Assembly: GCF_006345805.1 (NCBI RefSeq)
Contig: NW_021826798.1
Location: 1-11,935, forward strand
Direction: 5' to 3'
Length of the DNA stretch: 11,935 nt
DNA from: Octopus sinensis
Taxonomy: Eukaryota
Under the pieces are notes generated by a model. The model saw nothing but the letters and a program-made list of their open reading frames with translations. It made no database searches and was not told where the DNA came from. The position numbers were made by a program, and so were the translations under genes. Positions within the stretch are counted from its first letter, which is position 1. Every line of letters starts with the position of its first letter. Shown one piece after another: positions 1 through 8,368 of the stretch.

Positions 1-84
1 ATGAGAGAGAGAGAGAGTAAGAGAAAATGAAAAAAGAGTTGAAAAAATACAAAAAAATGTAGTAAAATTTGAAGGTTATAAAAT

Positions 85-222
85 CGATCGGAGTGGTTGG
101 GCCGGAAGCTTTGTCCCGTCCAATAGAAATCCTGTCTCAAAGCTTCAGTTTGTGTCTGAAGCTGTAGATGGTGTTTCATAATACGAAAGGAACATGGCGG
201 AACGGGTAAAACGATATTTTGA
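85..222 (+). mobile_element. Degraded 3' remnant of a SINE/RTE-related repeat
   Basis: GGAAG..TCC..TAGAAATCCTGTCTCAA and CATGG..AACGGGTAAAACGAT resemble the GGAAGGGCATCCAGCCGTAGAAA...GCATGGAAAACGGACGTTAAACGATGA tail I recall from octopus SINEs. This is recall only and the copy is heavily diverged. Confidence 0.35.
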
Positions 223-257
223 TTTGTCGCCCTCAATATGTTTAGGGAGCGAATTTC

Positions 258-462
258 TCACTGACTTGGTGTGCAGGCCAACACTTTCCTTGGAACGGAA
301 CGCCATTCCGGTTGCATGGCTACCTTTTTACAGCTGAGTGGACTGGAGCAACGTGAAGTGATGTGTTTTGGTGAAGGTCGCAACACAGCAAAATATTCAG
401 GGAATCGAAATAACAACCTTGCGATCTTGAGTGCAACCACCTAACCACTTTGGCCATGCGTC
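258..462 (-). mobile_element. tRNA-derived SINE with CORE-like central region, diverged copy
   Basis: Minus strand begins GACGCATGGCCAAAGTGGTTAGG (A-box-like), then ATTTCGATTCCC (B-box-like), then GTGTTGCGACCTTCACCAAAACACATCACTTCACGTTGCTCCAGTCCACTCAGCTG (degenerate CORE-type block). The head resembles that of the 591-891 element. Confidence 0.75.
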
Positions 463-464
463 GT

Positions 465-554
465 CACATACATGTACACATATACGCACACATGCACATG
501 CACACACACACACACACAAACAAATAATTACACCCCCCACAAATATATATATAA

Positions 555-592
<38 letters not shown>
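465..592. repeat. (CA)n and (TA)n microsatellites
   Basis: Directly visible tandem dinucleotides. Confidence 0.95.
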
Positions 593-598
<6 letters not shown>

Positions 599-891
599 AC
601 CGACCAGGCTGTCAGATGTTGCTACACATCGCTGGTCACAATGCGTTTGCCTTGTTTTAGTCTTCGAATGAGGCCACCCCACTGGCTAAGCTAGCAGGCC
701 AGCAGAAGAAAGAGTGAGAGAAAGTTGTGGCGAAAGAGTACAGCAGGGACCTCCACCATCCCCTGCTGGAGCCTCGTGGTGCTTTTAGGTGTTTTCGCTC
801 AATAAACACTCACAACGCCCGGTCTGGGAATCGAAACCACGATCCTACGACCGCAAGTTCGCTGCTCTAACCACTGGGCCATTGCGCCTCC
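591..891 (-). mobile_element. tRNA-derived SINE, apparently full length (~300 bp, octopus-type)
   Basis: Minus strand starts GGAGGCGCAATGGCCCAGTGGTTAGAGC (A box TGGCCCAGTGG) and has GGTTTCGATTCCC (B box). The 3' end GGTCGGTCACGTGAT runs into (AT)n. Confidence 0.85.
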
Positions 892-894
892 ACG

Positions 895-926
<32 letters not shown>
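892..926. repeat. (CA)n microsatellite
   Basis: Directly visible. Confidence 0.95.
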
Positions 927-1119
927 TTATATGCAGGCATGTAGACGCATATAGATGCACAGATTCCCTACAAACACTACTAATTTTGTTGGTTTATCAC
1001 GAGTGAATGTAAATCATATTTTAAGTAGTGGAAATCATGCTAAATGATGGTCTTTCGTGTATTTAAGTCCAACTACTTAAAGATCACGCTTAAGCAATTG
1101 ACATAATCCCATATAACGT

Positions 1120-1210
1120 CTATATAAATGCATTTATGCATTTATACACCTACACACATATACACAGACACATACATACGTATTCATATCCATGTATATA
1201 TATGCTTAAC

Positions 1211-1269
<59 letters not shown>

Positions 1270-1375
1270 CACGCAAAAACACACATATACACAGATACAT
1301 GCATACATACATATATGCGCACACATGTACATATACACGCATATATATATATATACACACATGCAAACATATACA
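1120..1375. repeat. Degenerate compound (CA)/(TA)/(TACA) microsatellite
   Basis: Directly visible. Confidence 0.9.
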
Positions 1376-1679
1376 GTAATCCAATCTTTCGCACCTATAG
1401 ATACACTTATTCCTAAATTCCTAAAGCCGTTTGTGAACCATTGATGAGAAGCCATTATCCTAGTCTAGCTGGGAGTGCAATTGCTTAAAAGCTGTAGTAT
1501 TCTGGCATTATTAACTGAAAACACCGACATTAAATTTGGTGACTTAAACCGCTACAGCATGAAACAGCAATGGCGTACCATTTGATCTTTTCATGATTGG
1601 AAAGACAGCCATTCGAAAACCATGAATTCCTATGTTAGTTTAATCTTCAAATAAGTTCTTAATTGCTTCACTGTTTTTA

Positions 1680-1752
1680 TTGCTGCTGTTGTTGTTGTAC
1701 TTTTGTGTTGTAGTTGTGTTTTTTTTTTGTTGTGGTTGTGTTTTCTGGTTGT
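1680..1752. repeat. (GTT)n-like low-complexity tract
   Basis: Directly visible. Confidence 0.8.
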
Positions 1753-1794
1753 GGATGTCTTGTCTTGAAATTTTATCATATATGCCTGTATCGT

Positions 1795-1843
1795 GTTATA
1801 TGTATGTATGCTTGTTTGTATGCATGCTTGTGTGTATGTAAAC

Positions 1844-1889
<46 letters not shown>

Positions 1890-2042
1890 GTATGTTTGTA
1901 TGTATGTACCTATGCATGTATGTTTATATGTATGTATGCATATATGTATACGTGTGTATTTGTGTGTGTTTGTATGTATGCATGTATGTATATATGTATA
2001 TATGGGTGGATGAATGGATGTATATATGTATATGTGTATATG
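1795..2042. repeat. Degenerate (TATG)n microsatellite
   Basis: Directly visible. Confidence 0.95.
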
Positions 2043-2216
2043 TTTCTCTCCTTGTTTCTTTCCTTGTTTCTTTCTGTGTTCCTTTCTGTAGAAGAGCGTA
2101 GGCTCGAAACGTTAAATACTTTTTCACTTCCCGAGCTTTATACTAATACATCTGTTTGTTTTCTACACCACCTGTCTTCTTCGTCTTTTGTTTTTTTTTC
2201 GTGAATTCTCCCCACA
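2043..2216 (+). mobile_element. Short dispersed repeat with Penelope-type hammerhead-like motif (copy 1)
   Basis: Pyrimidine tract followed by CTGTAGAAGAGCGTAGGCTCGAAACGTT. It aligns with 7236-7400 through GAAGAGCGTAGGCTCGAAAC, CGAG..ACTAA..TGTTTGTT and CACCTGTCTT. The GAnGA...CGAAAC layout resembles Penelope-like element terminal repeats. Confidence 0.65.
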
Positions 2217-2379
2217 TATCACACGCTCACGTGTTCGCACCAGTTCATCCTGTCTCCTTTCATCACCCACGAACTTCTCCACGGGACTTTCTACCTTTCT
2301 ACCCTTTACGGATTCTCTTTGGACTTTTTACACTTCGGCTGCACCTCTTCTACCTATGGATTATTCTGGACTATTCTAT

Positions 2380-2384
2380 TTATG

Positions 2385-2416
<32 letters not shown>

Positions 2417-2485
2417 TGTATGTATGTATGTATGTATGTATGTATGTATGTATGTATGTATATGTGGGTGGGTGGGTGTATGTAT
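2380..2485. repeat. (TATG)n microsatellite with short (GGGT)n
   Basis: Directly visible. Confidence 0.95.
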
Positions 2486-2940
2486 TTCTGTATTTAATCA
2501 TTGAAATTATTCCAGGGAAGAAGGAGCTAGTTTCCAACAGATACAAAGCTCCATTTTTGGAATGTAGACAGCGAAAACAATGTCACAATTTAAATCCGAG
2601 AAAAGTCTTGTATAGTTTTACTGTTTCGTTTACAGATTGTATTTGTAATATACAAAGCAGTTGGTTGATTTCTTTTCCTGAAAATCCAAGCTGATCCAGA
2701 CTGACAGATAGGCATTTACATATAAAAACCAAGTGCTCCAATCATTATCGGTATAAATGCAAATTAGCAAGCCGGACATAGAAGCTGGACGTTTCGAAGC
2801 TGTTGCTCATGGTAATCTTTCTCTTTGATTTTCAAAGAGATATTTCACACCAGCAGACAAGCTGACCTGCATTACGTTACGTATATTTTTTTGTCTGCCC
2901 CAAACAAAACCTGACCTGTTATCCTTACACTTGATGAATG
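2486..2940 (-). mobile_element. 5'-truncated R4/Dong-like non-LTR retrotransposon 3' end (restriction-like endonuclease domain plus 3' UTR), decayed
   Basis: Minus translation across two frameshifts and one stop: FIKCKDNRSGFVWGRQKNIRNVMQVSLSAGV / ISLKIKEKDYHEQQLRNVQLLCPAC*FAFIPIMIGALGF / ICKCLSVSLDQLGFSGKEINQLLCILQIQSVNETVKLYKTFLGFKL* (stop at 2583-2585). This matches the RLE pattern (HNRPD...EVS.P.D...EK..Y...L...PIIIGALG) of R4-clade elements; RPD is mutated to RSG. A ~95 bp 3' UTR then runs into (TACA)n. Confidence 0.85.
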
Positions 2941-3258
2941 TGCATACATTCATGTATGTATGTATGTATGTATGCATGTATGTATGCATGTAGTTATGTA
3001 TGTTTGTATGTATGTATGTATGTATGTATGTATGTATGTATGTATGTGTGTGTGTACGTATGTATGTTTGTATGTATGTATGTATGTATGTATGTATGTA
3101 TGTATGTATGTATGAATGTATGTATGTATGTATGTATGTATGTATGTATGTATGTATGCATGTATGTATGTTTGTATGTATGTATGTATGCATGCATGTT
3201 TGAATGTATGTATGCATGTATATATGTGTTTGTGTTTGTGTGTATGTATGTGTGTGTC
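2941..3258. repeat. (TATG)n microsatellite, ~320 bp
   Basis: Directly visible. Confidence 0.95.
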
Positions 3259-3260
3259 TG

Positions 3261-3480
3261 TTACAAAGTTATGCATTTTCATGATCTGAGCAACCTATTT
3301 CTGCGTTTTAAGTTTAGTTGCTGATGTTGGATCCCAGTCAGTAGCTTCCAGCTTGTGTCGAACTTTGACAACGAAGAATCGGGCAGTTTTCAGGAAGCGA
3401 GCTATCTTTCTATAACTATGCTGTACTTTTATGGCAACGGTTACCACGTAGCCAACTAGAAACGGTGTTTCTTGGGGGTT
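3261..3480 (-). mobile_element. Tc1/mariner (maT-like) transposase N-terminal HTH fragment, decayed
   Basis: Minus translation VVTVAIKVQHSYRKIARFLKTARFFVVKVRHKLEATDWDPTSATKLKTQK*VAQIMKMHNFV resembles the AVIVAL.A.HS..EIA.FLKVARSFV.KVR.ELEA...RK.H....IRT.EFV start of maT-type transposases. It is cut off by the (TATG)n tract. Confidence 0.55.
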
Positions 3481-3598
3481 AAATAGCAGTAGTAGTCTTC
3501 CTTTCCTGGGACTGCCATATTAAGTTGGCAACAAACCATTACTTTATCGTTCTGCTACAGCATAATACTTTCTGAGAGATTTAGAAATGCAATATTCC

Positions 3599-3715
<117 letters not shown>

Positions 3716-3717
3716 TG

Positions 3718-4072
3718 CTGTTCTAACGGCAAATGTGCCTTTGAAAAGAATCTTCTTATTTGTATCGCAGAATACACATTTTTGATGCTTCTAATAGAAG
3801 AACAGATATGTTTGTATACATTTATACACACATTGTTTTTCCATGAAGCTAAAGATTTTAGTGTCTAAATTCGGCGGTGAATTTGTCTGCAGGCTGTTTA
3901 GCTTAATGGTAAAGCATTCATGTAGAGTCTTTGAATGTTACGTGTTCGAGTCTGTTCTAACGGCAACTCTGCTTTCGAAAAACAAAAACACATACAATCT
4001 TATTTGTATCGTATTCTACACATTTTTGATGCTTCTAATAAAGCAACAAATATTTGTTTGTTTACATTTATA
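3718..4072. repeat. Diverged direct repeat: 3718-3826 and 3952-4072 (start-to-start 234 bp)
   Basis: Both copies share, in order, CTGTTCTAACGGCAA, TCTTATTTGTATCG, TACACATTTTTGATGCTTCTAATA and TGTTTGT.TACATTTATA. Confidence 0.9.
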
Positions 4073-5298
4073 TGTGGATATATATACATACGTATGTATT
4101 TATACCCCTACATATGTATGTGTTTTGAGTTCACACAGGTGTGCATTGCAACGTTACAAAAAGCGACGGAATAGTGTTTCGTCCGTTGCTGCTCGTACTT
4201 TCTCTTTCTTCGTTCCTGAATCAAACTAAAGTATTTCCAGATTAAATAACAAACATATATTTTTAATATTGACGAAAAGGTTCTAATTTTACACTATGTA
4301 CGATATTTTTATATGGTAATTCCACAGTGACAAAGAAACTACAAAATTTAATAACAATGAATTTTTGATATAAAATGAAGAAAAAGCTTTTCGTTTGTAA
4401 ACGATTCCAAAAAATTAATTTAAAATTCTTATTCGGATTTTGAACTGTAGTTGCACCTTTTTTGAAACGACTTTCTTCAGGAATTCATTTTGGCCTTTTG
4501 TTTCACTGGCGCCTGTTTAAGTGGAGATAATTTTATTTTTTATATAGACATTTGCATAATTTGTTGCTTAAATCAAACGAAAACAAAAAAAGAAAGAACA
4601 AAAGGGAAGATTAAAACCTGGATTCTGTTCAAAATAAGAAAGAACCATTTTCAATGCAAGATGGAACCTTTTCAATTGTTTCTTTCCCATAATAATCTTA
4701 GTCGAAAATCGAAGCATCTCGAGGTTTGAGATTAACCATATTGTCGATAATCAGATCCGAAAAAGTTTGGGGTTAATTCACTATCGATGTCATCTGCAAA
4801 CCAATCATCAATATTGTTATCCCAGAGAGAATTTAATGGTTTTTCCATGGACCATCTCTCTACTGTCTGTATTATTTCTTTTGTGCTCTGCTTAACATTA
4901 AAACCATCAAAATCCACTTTATTTTCATCATCATCAGAAATGAAATCAACCAAGAGGAAAAAAGGCGCAAAATTTTCGCCATGCATTTAAAAGAGTGACA
5001 AGTTTAACAGCGCTCCTTTCAATGGCAGATGGTGAAAAGAGTGCGTCTTTAATTAGAAAGTGGGATTGAATGACAGAGCCAGAAACAACGCTGTTGATTA
5101 ATTGTTTCAGGAAATTATTTCTACAGTAATATCTGAAAGTGTGACTAATACCCTGCTCCCCAGTTTCTTGTTAGGGAGAAATAATGCTGTGCGGTAAATA
5201 GCACCCAAAAAATATTTACACGATCTAAAACTAACTTAAATTTATGGAGATGAGTCTAAAAATTTATCTTCTTCGGTCGAATTGCTTTCGCGGATTCC

Positions 5299-5650
5299 CA
5301 TGGCTCTAAGTCGCCATCCATTCCCATTATTATGAATTTTAATTGGGAGCTAGAGCGTAATGAATCTTTCATTAGCTGATTACACAACCATGGCCCCTAT
5401 GGATGCGTTGCAGTTACTCTCTTGACAAAGCTTGGTGATTCTGACCGTTGATCTTTAGGATTCTTCTGTTCAGCATCAGTGTTAGAAGCTCTTACCCCCA
5501 CCTCTTCCCAATCGGCCATGCTGCAGTTCCATAGCTTCGCCCTGGCTGGGTGGCTAATCGGGTGCAATACTTTGCCAGAGGGCAACCCGTGATTATACAG
5601 GGCACAGTCGTCACTCCGCGAGGTATTTTCACAATACCCGTATACCCCTA
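5299..5650. mobile_element. ~350 bp GC-richer insertion of unknown family inside the Tigger ORF
   Basis: Tigger homology stops after NKPL (~5650) and resumes at ESAKAI (~5298), which are adjacent in related transposases. The intervening DNA is visibly more GC-rich than its flanks. No TSD is seen. Confidence 0.6.
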
Positions 5651-5778
5651 AAGGTTTATTTATGTTTTGTAAATTAAGACGAACAGCAATTACACAATGT
5701 ACTAAAGGGGAGACAACTTGCAAAAAAGATCTTTAATTATCCACACAGTCATGAATTTTCGGGGATCCTTAACAATTG

Positions 5779-5978
5779 CTTCTTTCTACAATAGGCAAAA
5801 GGACTGGAATTTTGGGAGAGGGATCCTAGTCGATTACATCAACCTTAAGTACTCAACCGGTACTTATTTTATGTACCCTGAAAGCATAAAAGACAAAGTC
5901 GACATCGGTGGCATTTGAACTCAGATCGCAAAGAGCCAGATCTTTACGCGCTAATGATCCTGACCGCGCGACTTCCTA
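5779..5978 (-). mobile_element. tRNA-derived SINE with Deu/Nin-like domain (copy A)
   Basis: Minus-strand B box GAGTTCAAATGCC is followed by GTCGACTTTGTCTTTTATGCTTTCAGGGTACATAAAATAAGTACCGG (Deu/Nin-like), then GATGTAATCGACT...TTGTAGAAAGA. It is homologous to the adjacent copy B. Confidence 0.8.
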
Positions 5979-5982
5979 AGGA

Positions 5983-6181
5983 TTCACAGTTTAGCACGGG
6001 CCGGCAATTTTGAGGGAAGGGACAAGTTCATAACATCGACCTCAACACTTGACTGGTACTTTATTTCATCGACTCTGAAAGAATTAAAAGTAAAGTCAAC
6101 TGCAGTGGGATTTGAACTCATAACGTAAATAGCAGGAGGAAATACCGCTGATAAGCATTTTGACTGCTAGCTTGCCACCTT
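5983..6181 (-). mobile_element. tRNA-derived SINE with Deu/Nin-like domain (copy B)
   Basis: Minus strand: AGGTGGCAAGCTAGCAG head, GAGTTCAAATCCC B box, then GTTGACTTTACTTTTAATTCTTTCAGAGTCGATGAAATAAAGTACCAG. Confidence 0.8.
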
Positions 6182-7125
6182 GGGGTCCTTTATAAAAGAC
6201 TGGCAAATGCATTATTTCTTCCAAAGCTGTAGAACTACAAAAGTTACCAGTCACTTAATGTTTACCATATCTTGGCAAAATATATTTGTGCATGTAAGAA
6301 CTACCAGCTGTTCCTCAAACGGCCAGCACTCATTCCATTAGAATTTGCTAATGGTTTCCTGAATAAACATTTCTAGTAAAGACCATTTTATAGGCGTTAT
6401 ATATTTGTTCAATTTCAGGAACATTCTTTGACGATGTCACCGAATTTCGCGATGAAATTTTATACCTGCTTGTGAGTTCCGAATCTACTGAATGATTTTC
6501 GCTATTGCTTATTCCATAACGTATCTTAAATCTTGGTCAACTAACCACCAGAGAAAAGCATTTCAGGATAGCGAATCCATTTTCTCTTAAAAATCTTTAG
6601 CTCTGGCTAAAATCTTAAACTAAGAAATAGCTATAAACTCCGACCACATCAATGAAGGCCATTCACGCAATATTTAATCGAAGTTTTCACATTTTTGGTT
6701 TTGTGCACACTGTTCCTGTTGGTAGTTTTATTGATGTTACAGAACTTGCAATAAAATCACAGAACATGTTTTCTTTCCCCAAACTTCGAGTTCTTTATGG
6801 GTTACAAAGGCGACACTCCAATGCTATATTCTTCCACTAACCATACTTAAAATTATTTCTCGGTCTATTTTCTCCATGATGTCAAATTTAATGTTAAGTT
6901 TTAAGGGTTCGCCTTAGTGTCTTCTTCTCAGCAACTGCAGGTAACGTGGTGCAGCATTTGACAAAGCATAAGCTGTAGGCTTTTCGCATCGTGAGTGCAT
7001 GACATTTATTTTGGGAAATGGCGGCACTGGATGTACAAAAGTGAAACAGCATGTCACAGGTTTTTGATCTTTACTGTGTATCAAATTTCAACACTGGCAT
7101 TTACCTGGATTTTTTCGTTCTTTCT

Positions 7126-7172
7126 ATACACACATGCACACACACACACAACACACACACACACACACACAC

Positions 7173-7224
<52 letters not shown>

Positions 7225-7230
7225 ACACAC
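7126..7230. repeat. (CA)n microsatellite
   Basis: Directly visible. Confidence 0.95.
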
Positions 7231-7235
7231 AGAAG

Positions 7236-7400
7236 ACGTTTTTTTCATTTTCCATTTATTTCCTCTTATTTCTTTCTGTCGAAGAGCGTAGGCTCGAAAC
7301 ATAAAAAGACCTTTCCATTGTTTCTCGAGTGTCAAACTAACACAATTGTTTGTTGTTCCTACACCTGTCTTTGTCTTAGCTTTTCTATAAATTTGAACTA
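7236..7400 (+). mobile_element. Short dispersed repeat with Penelope-type hammerhead-like motif (copy 2)
   Basis: CTGTCGAAGAGCGTAGGCTCGAAACAT and its downstream sequence are homologous to 2043-2216. It is flanked by microsatellites on both sides. Confidence 0.65.
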
Positions 7401-7442
7401 TATATGTATATACATACACGCACACACACACACACGCGCACA

Positions 7443-7475
<33 letters not shown>

Positions 7476-7490
7476 GCGCACACACACACA

Positions 7491-7534
<44 letters not shown>

Positions 7535-7562
7535 ACACACACACATATATATATGTATATAT
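7400..7562. repeat. (TA)/(CA)/(CG) compound microsatellite
   Basis: Directly visible. Confidence 0.95.
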
Positions 7563-7599
7563 AAAGTTATAAAATATCACTCACACACAGTTAAGACAA

Positions 7600-7852
7600 T
7601 AAAGAAGACCAGCACAAAATACTACAAAGGATCAACTGATATTGTGACAATCGTAAGATCATGACACTTAGTTTCGTAACCGGGCGGTTTTCTTCCAGTC
7701 GCTGAATAATATTTACACATTTAATTTGCAATTTGTCTAATTTTAGTGATTTTTCGTATCCTTTGGTACTCAGTCGCTCAGTAAATATTTCTTTCTTTAT
7801 CAAATCGCAGTTTTAATCTTTCTCTGTTAAACAAACTGAAAGGTAGTTCATC
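7600..7852 (-). mobile_element. Possible Penelope-like element fragment
   Basis: Minus translation NYLSVCLTEKD*NCDLIKKEIFTERLSTKGYEKSL loosely resembles the RY.R.CS...F...L..RGY segment C-terminal to Penelope RT. It is followed by CTGGAAGAAAACCGCCCGGTTACGAAACTA (hammerhead-like, 7662-7701). Confidence 0.35.
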
Positions 7853-7860
7853 CTCTATAA

Positions 7861-8336
7861 CAGTGGCTCTCAATCAGGGTGCGTATAAGATTTTTGGGGG
7901 TCCAAGCTATCAACATGATAAACTGGAGATCCACCACAGTATTTTAAATGTTCATGTAAAGATTTGATTTAAATGTATCTATGTTGTAAGATGCAGATAA
8001 AGTTATTTTTCTAACGTTTAACATAGTTCAACCTACGCGGGTTAGAAAGAAGTACCTAAAAAACTAGTTTTTAGACATTGAATGTTTAAGGGGGGTGGTC
8101 CACCAAAAATATAAAAAAATAACAAATGGGGTCCATAGATTAAAAAAATGATTGAAAACCACGGCTGTGTGGTAAGTAGCTTGCTTACTAGCCACTTGGT
8201 TCTGGATTCAGTCCCACTGCGTAGCACCTTGGGAAAGTGTCTTCTACTATAGCCTCGGGCCGACCAAAGCCTTGTAAGTGGATTTGGTAGACGGAAACTG
8301 AAAGAAGTCCGTCGTATATATGTATGTATATATATA

Positions 8337-8368
<32 letters not shown>

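Larger units (their letters stand above)
4440..6930 (-). pseudogene. Tigger/pogo (Jerky/CENP-B-like) DDE transposase fossil with nested insertions
   Basis: Colinear minus-strand blocks with many frameshifts and stops: NIKFDIMEKIDR..LVEEYSIGVS (psq-type HTH); ILREW..KILARAKDF..FSGG*L/RFKIRYGI (CENP-B HTH); EQIYNAYK (cf. QVYNADETG); EQLVVLTCTN; IMHLPVFYKG; VWIIKDLF; HCVIAVRLNLQNINKP; CYLPHSIIS..EQGISHTFRYYCRNNFLKQLINS (cf. LPPN.TSLIQPMDQG); KDALF..LLNAWRKF; acidic SDDDENKVDFDGFNV..NIDDWFADD; and KQ..NEFLKK. TIRs were not confidently located. Confidence 0.85.

Noticed and set aside
141-163. Perfect 8-bp hairpin AGCTTCAG-N7-CTGAAGCT
   Set aside because: Short enough to arise by chance in 12 kb, and a bacterial-style terminator is irrelevant in this eukaryotic context.
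95-211. Promoter/first-exon look-alike: CCGGAAG, CCAAT, AACATGGCGG and ATG GCG GAA CGG|GTAAAA
   Set aside because: The motifs are short, the donor is weak, no downstream exon was found, and the region is better explained as a decayed repeat tail. It cannot be fully excluded without transcript data.
820-891. tRNA gene
   Set aside because: A and B boxes are present but continue directly into a SINE body, so this is a SINE head. The same applies to the other tRNA-like heads.
1377-1680. Possible coding exon in unique-looking DNA
   Set aside because: The frames I translated contain stops and no recognisable protein motif or convincing splice pair.
431-3324. Many 60-170 aa ORFs rich in H/T/Y/I or C/V/M/Y
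   Set aside because: They are translations of (CA)n, (TA)n and (TATG)n tracts that lack stop codons. Only the non-repetitive end of 2807..3217 is meaningful, as part of the R4-like fossil.
4163-4189. Hairpin GCGACGGA...TCCGTTGC
   Set aside because: An 8-bp stem with a wobble pair and no supporting context.
4732-4986. Standalone 84 aa acidic protein
   Set aside because: It is an open segment of the C-terminal acidic region of the decayed Tigger transposase.
5397-5723. 108 aa ORF
   Set aside because: It is chimeric: a short Tigger segment reading into the unrelated 350 bp insert.
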